Shown: in pieces, positions 13,590 to 28,776 of the stretch | How positions within the stretch are numbered: position 1 is the first letter of the stretch | Layout of the letters: the number at the start of each line of letters is the position of its first letter | Assembly (NCBI RefSeq): GCF_006345805.1 | Contig: NW_021836163.1 | Span: 1-64,000, forward strand | Origin: Octopus sinensis | Lineage: Eukaryota | Reading direction: 5' to 3' | DNA length: 64,000 nucleotides | The notes under the pieces: model-generated | What the model saw: only the letters and a program-made list of their open reading frames with translations | Databases searched by the model: none | Told to the model about the DNA's origin: nothing | Made by a program: the position numbers and the translations under genes

Positions 13590-13770
13590 CTGGGTATTTG
13601 TGAGATAATGGGTGTATTGGAGGTTCCGGCGCGAATACCAATCAGTACAGTTTGTCGTTTCCAAATTTCTGGCGGAGTGAATTGTGTCATGGTGCTGTAT
13701 TTCTGACAGGCGGTGCCCAACTGATCCTACTATACTGTGTGGTCGACAAAATGTTTTTTATTTATTCATC
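13590..13770 (-). pseudogene. Possible Tc1/mariner-superfamily transposase 5' fragment
   Basis: MTQFTPPEIWKRQTVLIGIRAGTSNT..ISQ resembles an N-terminal HTH start; recognition is tentative. Confidence 0.35.
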
Positions 13771-14078
13771 ATTACCCACGTTTCATTTGCTAATAGGAGC
13801 TACAAAGTTGTACATGTAGGTGAAACGTGTAAGATATCTCCTATCGAAAATTTTTTATTCAGAAAATGAACAAATATTTCATTAGTAAATGAAAGTGCAA
13901 TGGTGAATGAAAAATAACAAACATTTTTCTAGTGTTGTGCTTTTATATATAGTTACTCTGCAAAAAATATTTCTTACAATTTTGAAATCCTATGTATGCC
14001 TTCCACAAATATAACATCTACATACAGATTCGAATTACTGAAATAAGTCGATGTAATTCAAGAGCTCACAGCTTGGAT

Positions 14079-14167
14079 TATCTACATTGGATATATCTAC
14101 ATTATCTACATTATCTACATTATCTACATTATCTACATTGGATATTATCTACATTGGATATATCTAC

Positions 14168-14170
<3 letters not shown>
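14079..14170. repeat. 9-bp tandem repeat (TATCTACAT)n with GGATA interruptions
   Basis: Direct inspection. Confidence 0.85.
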
Positions 14171-14235
<65 letters not shown>

Positions 14236-14354
14236 GTGGTGTGTGTGTGGTGTGTGTGTGTGTGCGTTATAATGGTGGAGACCAGCCTCCCACATTATAA
14301 TATTAACTGATCTACATCTTAGAGTGTGCTTCTCCGAATGTATGTTTTTCTACA

Positions 14355-14424
<70 letters not shown>

Positions 14425-14470
14425 GTGATACTTTATTTTAATCAGTGCTGCTTAATATACCTCTAATTTG

Positions 14471-14515
<45 letters not shown>

Positions 14516-14799
14516 ATATATATGGAGAGAGAGAGAGATACAGACAGAGACACAGAGAGAGGGAGAGAGAGAGAGAAAGGGAGAAATCATAATGGACATG
14601 CAAATGAGAAAGAAAATGTGAATAGAAGGAAAGAAGAAGCAGGAAGTAGGTGAAGAAGTGGCGAACGAGGAAGCCGAAGGAAGAATGAACGATCTCCTCG
14701 TTATGCTGTCGTTTATATAATGGCAGCTGGGTGGAAAAGACGGATTGGAATAAATTCTCTATAATAGTATCCAATTTGCTGTCGATTCCTTCCTACGGA

Positions 14800-15200
14800 C
14801 TATGTGAAATGAGATAGGCATTCAAAGTATTTACCTATGTTCTACACATCAAGTGCAATCGTTTGCAACAGCTGCAACAATGCATCGGCGATGCAATAAT
14901 TTCAATTTCTCGTACAACAGAACGAAGTATTCCTGACGTCAGTTCAGCCTTGAATGTCGTCTGTTTCTGAGATTTTCTAGAACAGAATGGGTTCCCTTTC
15001 AATGCGCATGTCACTCGATTCCATGAATTGCAGTTTGTTATCACCATTTCCGTTTTAAATATTCAGGCTGTGAAACTATCTCCGTTTTGGCAATGTTTTG
15101 GAATATAAATTGGTTTCATAATGATAGCATTGAGCGAGTGTCAGCCTCATTAAACAGGAAGATATTTTCATTGAACCATATTCGTGACCAGGTTTCGGTT
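14800..15200 (-). pseudogene. Possible decayed hAT-like transposase remnant
   Basis: Fragment IADALLQLLQTIALDV resembles the hAT G..IA..L...L...LD pattern; otherwise broken. Confidence 0.25.
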
Positions 15201-15708
15201 TTATATAGTAACTTGCTTCACTTTCTTCGCTTCCTCCACGCCGTCATCACATTTGTGAAAGACACAAATACCAACGTTTTCCATTTCCTAACGCTACCGC
15301 AAAAAGAACAGAAAAAAACCATTGTATCAAAAGTTCTTTGAAACATTCTGATGGAAAACTGACCTGTTCCAGTCGCACGAAGAGGAATCTTCGTAATGTA
15401 ACAGCATTATCAACATCAACATCAACAATAGCAACAGCAGCAACCGGTCGACGAGATGCTTTCTTTGAATTTTTCAATAAAAGGTCGAAATCCTGGGACT
15501 GAATGTCAACAAAATAGCTCTGTGCCAAACGATCGTTGCTATAAAGACCGAAGAAAGTTGTCGTCCCTTCGCCTTTACGAGACTCCGTTAACCTTTGTCT
15601 CGAAGCCTATATTTCTCGGCCTTCATTACAAAGATAAATTTAATCAATCGAATTGTAATCTGACCGTCTAAATAAAGTCTATATAGATATGTGTGTGTGT
15701 ATATATAT

Positions 15709-15793
<85 letters not shown>

Positions 15794-16170
15794 CTCTCTC
15801 CATCAAATCGACGAGTTGTCTGAACTGGTGCACAAGTGTGCCACGCGTTAGGTGAGATGAAGTGTTTTGCTCAAGAATACAACGCATCAACCGGCCTAGG
15901 AATTGAAACTACGATCTCGCGATTGCAACTCCAATACCCTAACCAAAAGGCCATGTGCAAACACACACGCACGCACACACACGCACACACACACCACACA
16001 TACATACATACATATACATACATACATACACCACACACATACATAAATACATACATACATACACACACATACATACATACATACATATATACATACATAC
16101 ATACATACATACATACACACACACATAAATACATACACACACATACATACATACATACATACATACATAC

Positions 16171-16245
<75 letters not shown>

Positions 16246-16768
16246 TTTCTTTATCCTAATAATTCCGACTTACAGCTGTTTCCAGTAGTCTTTATAGGTT
16301 CGTTAACAACAGATTTACTCAGTCGGTCCAGTGATCGCCTGAGAAAAATCGGTCAGAGTCATTTCTGGTTATGAGGAAGAACACTGAAGGAATGGTGCAG
16401 ACATGTTTTTTGGGGGAGGGAGCGAATAAGCATAGGGTGAGTGTAAGAGAGAGGGAGAGGAGAAGGGAAGAGGAAGAGGAAAGGGGGAAAGTGATGGTGT
16501 GGAAGAGAGGAGCTTCGTATTGTTGGTTAGAAACCAGTTCCTTCCTGAGAGGAAGATTCTAAATAAATGAAGACAGAAATAACACACATACATGCAAGCG
16601 TACATACACACATACATACACACACACACACATACATACATACATACATACATACATACATACATACACACACATACATACATACATACATACATACATA
16701 CATACATACATTCAAACATACATACATACATATACATACATACATACATATACATACATATACATACA

Positions 16769-16800
<32 letters not shown>

Positions 16801-17322
16801 CATACATACATACACACACACATACATACATACATACATACATACACACACACACATACATATATACATACATATACATACATACATACATACACACACA
16901 CATACATACACACACACATACATACATACATACATACATACATACATACATACATACAAACATACACACATACACACATACACACATACATACATACATA
17001 CATACATACATACATACATACATACATACATACATACATACACACACATACATACATACTCACGTACACACATATGCATATAAAGATGAAAGACAACATG
17101 TACATACAGTCGCATTCACCCCCTTTCCACACACACACACATGCACAACGTGGATGTGTGTCCCCTTAGAACTCACTGTTCCATAAATAAAGTATTTCTC
17201 TAAAATCCTTTATCGAACTCGCTATTTCCTAAGTATGCTTTTACTTTCTCAATGTTTTTTAATTAATCTAATACAGCTACTGGGTCATCCAGAAATCTGG
17301 TATAATGAAATGAAGTATGCGT

Positions 17323-17482
17323 TGGGCTTCTTTTAGTTTCCGTCTACCAAATCCACTCACAAGGATTTGGTCGGCCTGAGGCTATAGTAGAAGACACTTG
17401 CCCAAGGTGCCACGCAGTGAGACTGAAACCGGAACCATGTGGTTGGTAGCAAGCTACTTACCACACAGCCACTCCTGCGCCT
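17323..17482 (-). mobile_element. CORE-type SINE, 5' head
   Basis: Reverse complement AGGCGCAGGAGTGGCTGTGTGGTAAG...GGTTTCAGTCTC...ACCTTGGGCAAGT. Confidence 0.85.
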
Positions 17483-17682
17483 ATATATATATATATATAT
17501 ATATTAATCAATATTAGGGTAGCAAAAAATTCAATAGAAATTATTTTGCCACCAGCGGTCTAGTGAGAAAGAGGAAATAGTCAGAGACTATAAATAAATT
17601 CAACAACAATTGCGGTTGGAGTCCTGGCTGCTCTTTCTAGTGGGTCGAACGGCCTATTGTGGCCGTTTCTCAATTGTTGTTG

Positions 17683-17718
<36 letters not shown>

Positions 17719-17719
17719 A

Positions 17720-17753
<34 letters not shown>

Positions 17754-17781
17754 TCTCTCTCTGTTAATTTTTTTCGTCTTC

Positions 17782-17817
17782 CTTTCTGTTGAAGTGCGTA
17801 GGCTCGAAACGTAAAAG
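17782..17817 (+). ncRNA. Degenerate minimal hammerhead-like motif in a (TA)n-flanked PLE-type terminus
   Basis: CTTT-CTGTTGA-aGTGCgtagGCTC-GAAAC-GTA-AAAG; core A6 substituted. Confidence 0.4.
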
Positions 17818-18273
17818 AGTTTCTCACCTTAACGAGCGTTAAACTAACACACCTGTCTGTTGTTTATACACCTCTCTTAATCTTTTGTTTTTCTCTAAAT
17901 TCCAACTACATATATGTATGTATATATATATATATATACATGTGTGAATGTGTATGCACCTATATACGCATATGTGTCTGTGTGTTTATGTGGGTGATAT
18001 TATGCATGTTTATAAGTGTGGGGTGGTTTGTGTGTATATATGTGTATGTGAAAGTGTATGAGACTGTGTGTGTGATAGAGAGAGAAAATTTTTAAGTATA
18101 TGAATCTGTGTGAGTGTGTTGTGTTTAATTATGTATGAGCAGAGTATGAAGATGTGGGCGAATGAGGCCTGGTATGGTGTGATTGTGTGTGCTAGCATGT
18201 GCCTAAGTATGTGTGTTAGTTCGTGTTTGTGTTGGTATGTGTGTGAATGTAACTCTCTTTTAACGTATCAATT

Positions 18274-18307
<34 letters not shown>

Positions 18308-18498
18308 CGCGTTTCTCCAACGCAATTGCAAATCATTGGAAGAAAATGCAAAGAAATCATTTTTAATATCGAAGCCGTAAGAATGTCATTTGTGGATGGG
18401 CAGTTTATCTGAAATATGACACATTAAAGTAAATTGAACACACAGACAGACACATTGACACACATACACACACTACACACATAGACAGACACACAGGT

Positions 18499-18589
<91 letters not shown>

Positions 18590-18619
18590 ATAGATAGACA
18601 GAAAGATAGATAAATAGAC

Positions 18620-18650
<31 letters not shown>

Positions 18651-19454
18651 GAGAGAGAGGGATAGAGGGATGGATAGATAAATATAGATATAGATACATG
18701 TTTCATAAAAAACACGACTGTGTTCCAGTTTCATCTCTTATAGGTCTTTTTTTTTTTAAATATTTTGATATTAGTCATTTTGTAGCTAGTTTGGAAAAAT
18801 AAAATTGCTCGTTCCAAACTCAACGTCTCCTGATCTACGAAATGGACAGGAAATAAGAAGCTTCTGTGTTGCTTCTGATATAATAATGGTCGGCTTCTTG
18901 TTGACTTTACAATCAAAGGTTTTTTTTTTCCCATTAGACTTCCACGTCAGCAGTCACGTGTTAACTTGCTTCATTGTTTCCAAATTTGTGTAAGTTCCGC
19001 TTCTTAAATATTTGAACCGTCAGGTTTCTATGTCAGAAGTCACTTATTAATATTTTCCCCACGTCTGTTGCTTGCGTGTTTGTTGTGACACTGTTTCGCG
19101 ACATGACTCTGGCTTCGACGGTAAATCTATTTTTGTGAGCAACGTTGTAGAGTATGTCTTATATCTTTTACTTGTTTCACTCCTTAGACGGTGGTCATGC
19201 TGGGGCATCGCTTTAGAAGAAGCTATGGCTCGAATGAGTCAATCCGAGTACTTATGTTTTTGAAGCCTTTTTGCCGAATCACTAAGTTACGTGGACGTAA
19301 ACACACCAGCACAAACACATACAGATACACACACACACATAAACACATACATATATACGATGGGCTTCTTTTAGTTTCTGTCTACCAAATCCACTCACAG
19401 GCTATGGTCGGCACGGGGCTATAGAAAGTGACACTTTTCCAAGGTGCCACGCTC

Positions 19455-20645
19455 TCAAGTAGTTTTCTGTCAAACTTTGCTTTGTGATATGTTGTAGAGT
19501 GTGTTGCGATTGCTCATTTGTTGTGAATGCATTGTGAGCCTATGAGAAAGTGTTGAACCAGTCTGGCCAATTTAACACCTGGAGTCAGTTTAAATCAAAT
19601 TTATAGATTACATTAATCATTAAAAGCTTGTCCTCTGCTTTACTTGCTTGTGCTGTGTTATTGATTCCTAGATTTGGGGTTTGGGTGCTTCTATAGAATA
19701 TTATGAAAGTTTATGGCCGGTTGTAATGCATTTTGTGTTCCATTTTTGATTATGTATTCGTCCGTAAGAGAGTTGTTATGCATTTGATTTATACGATCAA
19801 ATTTATGCGAGACTAGCAGTATCTCCCGGCGTTGCTCGGGTTTGTAAGGGAAATAACTATAAAGCATTTTTAGAGAGTTATAGCCAAAAATAGCAAAAAA
19901 ATGGAAAAAAAATGATGGTAAAATTTTTTTGAGAGTTAAAAAGGTCGAGTTGCGTCCCCTAGAGAGTCTGTGGTTTGTGTTTCTGATTCTCGACCCCATG
20001 TCGAATTTATCGATCTTTTTCAGAACTGGGGGAACTTTTCAAAATTTTCGCTGTGTTAGTTTTGAATTATGACATTGGGCTATGTGTGTGTCAAGTTTCA
20101 TCAGAATCGGTTGAAAGCCGTGGTCAGGGTGAGGGTACAACCTAACAGACACACAGACACGCAGACAGACAAACTGCCGTTTATATATAGAGAGATTTGT
20201 GTACTTTAATTGGGTGTTCTCTGATGTATCTGTTGTACTATACTTGCACTTGTATTCTGTTATAGCATGGCTCCTTAGTCTCTTTGAATGTTCGTTATTC
20301 ATTGATATTGTTCAGTTCTATGTATTTCTTGTTTCTAAACCACAATCCAAAATGCTCCTCCGAGGAGTGATTTCATTACAAACGTCAAACAGTGAAGCTG
20401 ACATTCACTGTCCCTGTTTAGATAAATGTATTTGTTTCCCCACCCTTTGGTTTATACTGAAGTAATGCATCTGTTTGTTTTTAAACCCCTGTCCGTATGT
20501 TTATATCTGAAAACGGAGTCTCGCCTGCCTCTGCTTTTCAGGATGTTGACTTTTGGTCGAATTATTTCCTAAGTATTCTTTTACTTTCTCAATGTTTTTT
20601 AATTAATCTAATACAGCTGCTAGGTCATCCAGGAATCTGGTATAG
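19455..20645 (-). pseudogene. Penelope-like element RT C-terminus and GIY-YIG endonuclease remnant, interrupted by a Helitron
   Basis: Minus-strand YTRFLDD (RT catalytic motif) at ~20645; NVIYKF...IGQTGSTLSHRLTMHSQQ at 19615-19515; RT piece duplicated at 17222-17304. Confidence 0.7.
19813..20195 (-). mobile_element. Non-autonomous Helitron-like element
   Basis: Minus strand A^TC...CCCGAGCAACGCCGGG..CTAG^T; 3' ~110 bp shared with 11243-11757. Confidence 0.8.
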
Positions 20646-20805
20646 CCACTCCTCCCTCCCTCCTTCTAACTCTTCTTCCCTCCCACCCACCCTCCCTCTC
20701 TCCATCCATCTATCCATCCTATCTATCTAACTATCTATCTAACTATCTATCTGTCTGTCTGTGAAGAGAGAGGGAGAGAGAGAGAAAGAGAGAGAAAGAA
20801 AGAAG

Positions 20806-20847
<42 letters not shown>

Positions 20848-20869
20848 TAGATGATGAGTGTGTTCTGAG

Positions 20870-21700
20870 TGCAAACTTTGAAGCAGAACTTCACCAGAGC
20901 TTAGACAACTTTGCTTCAGTTTGTGATATCATCGGTATCACAGTTGGTGTACACACACACACACACATATATATATACATATATATAAAATATATATATA
21001 TAAGATATATTAAAAAAACCGGAGTCACATGGCATCTCGATCGCAGAAAACCTTGCATTGAACCACTCTTCACAGTAAAAAAAATCCACCTCGTCGAACT
21101 GTGGAGAGATTCACCTACCTTGAAACGTACGGAGTGTTCGCACTGATGAAGTGAACGCAAGGATAGCCAAAGCCAGCTCTGCCTTTGAAAGTCTTCATCA
21201 CAAGGTTTGGAAAATACCTGCTCTGACTATAAAAGCAAAGTTTAACCCTTTTGTTACCAACCCGGCTGAAACTGCCTCTGGCTCTGTAGTACACATGTCT
21301 TGTTTTCATAAGTTCTGAATTAAAATCTCCCACCAAACCTTAGTCACAATTTATGTTCTTAGCACTAGCTTAATGGTAACGAAGTTATTTTATTAAATTC
21401 TTTGTTATATTTAACGTAATTGAAAGAAATATGGAGCATCTCAAAAGAAATACAGTAACGAAAGGGTTCGTTTACCAAACTGTTGTGGTGACTCCACAAC
21501 ACTTTCCGTTGTGAAACCTGGACAAGCTCCCAAAGACTTAGCAAAAACCTTAACCCCTTCAACCTAACATGCCTGCAAAAAATTCTTAACGTCAGGAAGC
21601 ATAATAAAACTCTGAATACAACTGTGCTTTGGAGAGCTAATATGTCACATGTGTATGCTTTCCTGAGCATATTCATAAATTACAATTATGTTCTGTGTTT
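20870..21700 (+). pseudogene. RTE-clade LINE RT fragment, decayed and interrupted
   Basis: ANFEAELHQSLDNFASVCDIIGIT, FTYL, DEVNARIAKASSAF. Confidence 0.7.
21246..21466. mobile_element. piggyBac-like MITE
   Basis: TTAA|CCCTTTTGTTAC ... GTAACGAAAGGG termini; right TTAA degenerate; nested in the RTE fragment. Confidence 0.6.
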
Positions 21701-22111
21701 ACGCAATCACGTCCGTTCGATAAACACTTCAAGTTAATGTTCTGATGAAGCTAAAAGACGTTACAGTAACACTCACCGCTGGGTGCACGATTGTTGGCAG
21801 CGGAAACAGTCGCAAAACCAAGGTTTGTTACAAAATTCATGTTGTTTTTCTTATTTATTTATGACTATACACACACATACAGACACACACACATACACAT
21901 ACATATGTACTCGTATATGCATTTATGCATGTAAATGTCTGCATTTGTGGGTGTATAGATGTGAATATAAGTATATGTATATATATATGGTGCATATATA
22001 TATATATACATACCTACATGCAGACACACACATACGCGCGCACAAATACAGGTGTTTTTACTCTTTTTATTTATGTATGAAGTTACGTGCATCTACGTAT
22101 GAGCATATAAA

Positions 22112-22956
22112 CATGATCTGATCAACAAGTATCCGGACTGTTGCCATAGTAACGAAGCTAAAGCACGGAAAGTAAAGCCGCTTGGCACAGATTGATCTCG
22201 AACTCTGATGTGCATGCACCCTAAGATTTAACGTTCTAGCTCATTTCTGGTAATTACAGCAGTGCTTGGAAGGAAGGTGTGTAGCGTGTGATCATCGCAT
22301 TGACCATGACAGAGAAAATGGAGCAGAGAATCTACATCAAATTTTGGCAAAAGCTTGGCAATATCTGTTCAGAAGCCTACACAAAGTTTTAAAAAGGTTT
22401 TCACCGTTCTCGACACAATCAAGGAGATTTTGTACAACTGAAACCCGAGTGTCCTTTTGGTCAGCCGAAAACAGTATTAGCACAAACTTGGTGGACACGC
22501 GTCTCACACCCAACCCTTCAGTGATAATGGACTGAACTGAACCGTAACTAATTTGCACATCCTCTGATTACTCACGGATGGTGATTCGACGATTTTCCCT
22601 CACGGCTGCACTTACATCTGCAATGTTTTTCCCAGAACGTTCGTCAATATCGACATTTTTCGGCCATTTTGGAAACGTCTGAACCACTCATGCACTTGGG
22701 TGTGGCTCATACACACTCCTCCTTTTCTGCAACTTTGTGCAGGCCTCGGAGCAGGTATCGCCATGAGGACTTTCTCTGTCATGGTCAATGCTATGATCAC
22801 ACGCTACACACGTTCCTTCCAAGCACTGCTGTAAACTGCGAAAGTGAGCTAGAACGTTGAAACTTAGTGTGCGTTCACAGCAGAGTTGACGGTCAATCTT
22901 TGCATAGCGGCTTCACTCTGCATGCTTTAGTTTCGTTACTTATTGATCAGACCTTG
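22112..22956. mobile_element. Mariner-derived MITE with ~260-bp inverted arms (both ends are the mariner 5' end)
   Basis: Arms include ATGACAGAGAAA start; minus-strand transposase remnant SHTQVHEWFRRFQNGR, RRVSTKFV; sister copy at 31567-32413. Confidence 0.85.
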
Positions 22957-23125
22957 AATATACGTGTGTGTGTGTTATATGCGTATGTGCGTTTGTGTGT
23001 ATGCGTGTGCTTATATTTGCGCTTATGAATGTCTATATGTGAGAAAGTGAGAAGAGAAAGAAGTGTTTCGTGAGTAAAGGAGAGATAGCAACGTTGGAAA
23101 GGGAACCAATATGCAAATGTGTATA

Positions 23126-23550
23126 ATTGAGTGAGTTGAGTGTGGAGTCGAGTTGAGTGTGGGGTCGAGTTGAGTGTAGGGTTGAGTTGAGTGTGGGGTT
23201 GAGTTGAGTGTTGGGTCGAGTTGAGTGTAGGTTTAGTGTGGGGTCGAGTTGAGTGTGGGTTACGTTGAGTGTTGGGTCGAGTTGAGTGTAGGGTCGAGTT
23301 GAGTGTGGGTTGGGTTGAGTGTGGGGTCGAGTTAGGTGTGGGGTTGAGTTGAGTGTTGGGTCGAGTTGAGTGTGGGGTCGAGTTAGGTGTGGGGTTGAGT
23401 TGAGTGTGGGGTCGAGTTGAGTGTGGGGTCGAGTTGAGTGTGGGATCGAGTTGAGTGTGGGACCGAGTTGAGTGTGGGGTTGAGTTGAGTGTGGGTTGAG
23501 TTGAATGTGAGGTTGAGTTGAATGTGGGATCGAGTTGAGTGTGGGTCGAA
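23126..23550. repeat. G-rich 17-bp minisatellite (GAGTTGAGTGTGGGGTC)n, ~25 units
   Basis: Direct inspection. Confidence 0.9.
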
Positions 23551-24059
23551 TGAATCTGTATCTGTGTTCAATATAGGTTTGAGTGAGTGTTGAGCAAATT
23601 TTGCGTCTTTTGAGTGTGTCTGTGTATTTGTGTTTTTATTTGCTGAGTCAAGAGGAAGGAGCAGAACCCTTAAACGCTGCAGGTATTTAGTGAGATTGGC
23701 ATGCATGTGTGTGTGTGTGTAAGAGTTTGTGTATGTACGTTTGTGCGTGTCGATGTGTGAATGTCTGTGTGTCTAAGGCTCAGTGTGTGCAAGTGCGTGT
23801 GTCAATATGATGGTGCATCTATGTGTGTGCGTATGAATGTGTGTGTTGGTATGGGTTGTATCTATGCCAGAAAGAAAGAGAGAGAGAGAGAGAGAGGGAG
23901 AGAGTGTGGAGAGAAAGAGAGGGAGTGAGGGAGAGAGAGATAGAAAGGAAGAATGAAGATAAGAAGAAAAATGTGTGAGGGAGGGGTGGGAAGGGGAGAA
24001 AGAGAAAGGAAAAACAAGAGAAGGATTGAAGGGGGGGATGTGCAGATATGTGAAAGGAT

Positions 24060-24097
<38 letters not shown>

Positions 24098-24416
24098 TTA
24101 TAGGAAGGTGTGTTTGCGTATCCGATGCGCGTGTGTCTGCGTTTGCGTGGGTGGCCGTGTGTGTGTGTGTATGTCATGAAGGTTACGTTTACATGAGATT
24201 TCTGTAGGCGTGTGTGTGTGTGCGCGCACCTTTGTGAGTGCGTGGGCGATTAGGGGTACCTGAGCGCGATGTTTATATAACGGGTGGTTAGTGCGTGCGT
24301 GGGCGTATGCATGTGCGAGTGTGCGTTTCCGAGTGTGTGCATGTGTGATTAACATATGTGTGTGTATGGTGAAGCGAGCATGTCAACGCGTGTACGGAGG
24401 TGTGTGTACGTATGGG

Positions 24417-24471
<55 letters not shown>

Positions 24472-25466
24472 TGCGTTATGGTATCCCAGAATATACGTGT
24501 GCAATAGCGAGTATGCGTATGTACGTATTTGGTGTGTATTTATGCCCGACTGTTAACGCATGTGTGAGTGTGTGTGAGTGTGTGAGTGTGTATGCTGAAG
24601 CTGCCTGTGTATATAAGTGTGAATGTATGTGAATATACATACATACATACATACATACACACACGCATGCATGCATACATACATACATACATACATACAC
24701 ACACGCATGCATACATACATACATATACACATACATACATATATACATATATACATACATACATACATGCATACATACATACATACATACATACATACAT
24801 ACATACATACATACACACATACATACATACACACATACATACATACATACACTCACATACATACATACACAGATACATACATACATACACACATACATAC
24901 ATATATACATATATACATACACACACGCATGCATGCATGCATACATACATACATACATACATACATACATACATACATACATACGTACATACACACATAC
25001 ACACATACATATATGTCCCCCTCCCCCTCTCTGTTTTTACGTTTTAATGAATGCGGTTTTAATTAAATTGAGAGATTACTCAGTACATTTGGTAAAGTAC
25101 AAATTTATTATTCTTTAACAACAACAGTATTGACAGGGACTTCGAAGCTTCGAGTAGCCAAGTCATCATCGGAATACATACATACACACATACATACATA
25201 CTTACATACGTACATACATACATATATACATACATACATATATATATATATGTATATATACATATATATATATGATATATATATATATACATATATATAT
25301 GTATATATGTATATATATATGTGCATATATACTCCCTCTTTACTCTTTTACTCTTTTACTTGTTTCAGTCATTTGACTGAGGCCATGCTGGAGCACCGCC
25401 TTTAGTCGAGCAAATCGACCCCGGGACTTATTCTTTGTAAGCCCAGTTCTTATTCTATCGGTCTCT

Positions 25467-26180
<714 letters not shown>

Positions 26181-27114
26181 TTCAGGGACAGCGAGAGAGA
26201 GAGAGAGAGAGAAAAGCGAAAGAGAAAACTGTGTTGAATGAGATTCCATGTGTGATGTCTGTGAGTGAGTGTGTTTGTACGTGCGCGCGTTTGGGTACGT
26301 GTGTGTGTGAGTGTGCGAGTGTACGTGTGTGTGTGAGTGTGCGAGTGTGCGTGTGTGTGCGTGTTTGTTTGTTTGTGTGTGTGTTTGTACGAATGAAGCT
26401 AGCGATGTTCATAGGTGTTAAGTATACGAAACGAGCGAATCGATAGACAGAAGCAGAGAGAGAGAGAGAGAGGAAGAGAGAGAAGGGAGGAGAGCGAGCG
26501 CGCGCGTGAGAGAGAGAAGGAGAGAAGGAGAGAAAGAAGGAGAAGAGGGAGTGAGAGGGAGAGCGGGAGAAGGCGGTGAAGCTGTGATGGAGGTCGTGAG
26601 ATACAGAACAGAGGTGAGTGCGTGGGCGACGGAAGCGTGCGTGGGCGTCGAGCGATTGGAAGGATAAACGGAGGTAGTCGTACACCTCCATCGGATGCCT
26701 GGCTCGAATCGGGACACTGGCACTCGACACACAACCATTTTCCTGCAAAACAACACCTGTTTGGGATTTCGACAGATTCTCTCTCTTTTTTGTTTTTGTT
26801 TGTTTTTTTTACTCCATCAAAACGTCTCCCCACCCCACCCCTCTGTTTCTTGTGGTTTCTCGACCTTTGTAGTTTCTTGTTGTAATGTTACCATCCTGTT
26901 TGGGCCCTTGTGACCAAAAAATGAAATTACCACCACCACCACCACCACCACCACCATTTTCATTATAATTATGCTTAGTCCCCCGTAACTTAGCGGTTCG
27001 GCAAAAAAAAACCGATAGAATAAGTCCTGCGGTCGATTTGCTCGACTAAAAGCGGTACTCCAGTATGGCCGCAGTCAAATGACTGAAACAAGTAAAAGAA
27101 TAAAAGAAAGAAAT

Positions 27115-27300
27115 TAGTGGCATTCCGTCCACCGTTAGTTATGTTCTGAGTTCAAATTCCGCCGTGGTCGACTTTACTTTTCCTCCTTTCGGAGTTCATG
27201 AAAAATAAGTACCAGTTACGCACTGGGGTCGATGTACTCGACTATCCCCCTTCCATCCCAAATTTCAGGCCTTGTACCTATAGTAGAAAGGATTATTATT
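27115..27300 (+). mobile_element. Meta-like SINE variant with (ATT)n tail
   Basis: Core GTCGACTTTACTTTTCCTCCTTTCGG; tail GGCCTTGTACCTATAGTAGAAAGGATTATT; similar copies at 27974-28205, 28850-29045, 36364-36555. Confidence 0.75.
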
Positions 27301-27327
27301 ACCATTATTATTATTATTATTATTATT

Positions 27328-27900
27328 GAGTGAGAGAGCAGTGCATGCCATCAAAGTGACACTGGGGTAAAATATACGAAGCCCAATATACCCATCATGA
27401 CTACCCGTCTGATAAGGGTACACCAGGCACATGCATCACAACCATATGTGCGCGACATGGTGATCTCATATCAAGATAAACAGCACATGACCTTGCAGGT
27501 GGGGCCCAGTTAGAATTTTCTTCAGGTTGAGTAGCCCATCCCGCTGAAAAGGTCCCTGAATAAGGGTTGTTAAGGATGTTGAAAGAACCACCCATGTTTC
27601 CAGAGGTGAATTATTCAAACCCCAAAGACTCCCTCTCAACACATGGCTATGATGCTCCCCCACTACTTCTGCTCGTGATCAGAGATGCACATATCGTCAG
27701 CCACTAAGGGACATGCTCAACTGGTTAAGGTCAAACAACTGACAAGCAAATCTGTGGTATTGAGCAGAATATTTGCTGTAGCCCATCTTTTATACCAAGA
27801 CAAAACAATGTACATGATAACACTTCCAATCAGTTAAGATCAGAAGCCATGAGAGCCACTGCCTGGTACTGCATCAGGAGAGTTAGGTACTGCATCAGGG

Positions 27901-27901
<1 letters not shown>
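27328..27901 (-). mobile_element. ~552-bp (AAT)n-associated non-coding element, copy 1 (strand defined by the AAT strand)
   Basis: Same ends as other copies; (ATT)n on both sides; short terminal duplication of GGTACTGCATCAGG. Confidence 0.85.
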
Positions 27902-27973
<72 letters not shown>

Positions 27974-28356
27974 GAGGCAGTGGGCTGGCAGAATCGTTAG
28001 CACGCCGGTAGAAATGCTTAGCCGTATTTCGGCCGTAGCTACGTTCCGAGTTCAAATTCCGCCGAGGTCGACTTTGCCTTTCATCCTTTCGGAGTCGATA
28101 AATTAAGTACCAGCTAAATACTGGTCGATACCAGCTAAATGAGTCGATATAATCGACTCATCACCCTCCCCCAAAATTGCTGCCCTTGTGGCAAAATTTG
28201 AAATCATTATTATTATTATTATTATTATTGGGATAAGGCAACGAGCTGGCAGAATAGATAGATAGGTGGATAGATTAATGGATAGAGATAAATAGATTAG
28301 ATAGATAGATAGACAGACAAACAGATAACTAGATTGATAAATATTTACATAGAATG

Positions 28357-28401
<45 letters not shown>

Positions 28402-28512
28402 TTATATATTATGTATAATATATATATATAACGTGAAGCTTTATGAAAAATAACAAAGACGAAGGCAGGTGGAGTACAAACAAACAATTGTATTAGTATG
28501 GCGCTCAGGAAT

Positions 28513-28545
<33 letters not shown>

Positions 28546-28626
28546 CTATATATATATATATGTGTGTGTTGTGGTGTGGTGTGTGTGTGTTGGTATTATG
28601 TATATATATGTATAATGTATAATATG

Positions 28627-28676
<50 letters not shown>

Positions 28677-28697
28677 TATATATAAGTTATTCTAGTT

Positions 28698-28733
<36 letters not shown>

Positions 28734-28738
28734 TGAGT

Positions 28739-28776
<38 letters not shown>

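Noticed and set aside
23126-23550. Telomeric repeat
   Set aside because: The unit is 17 bp, not TTAGGG, and the array is interstitial
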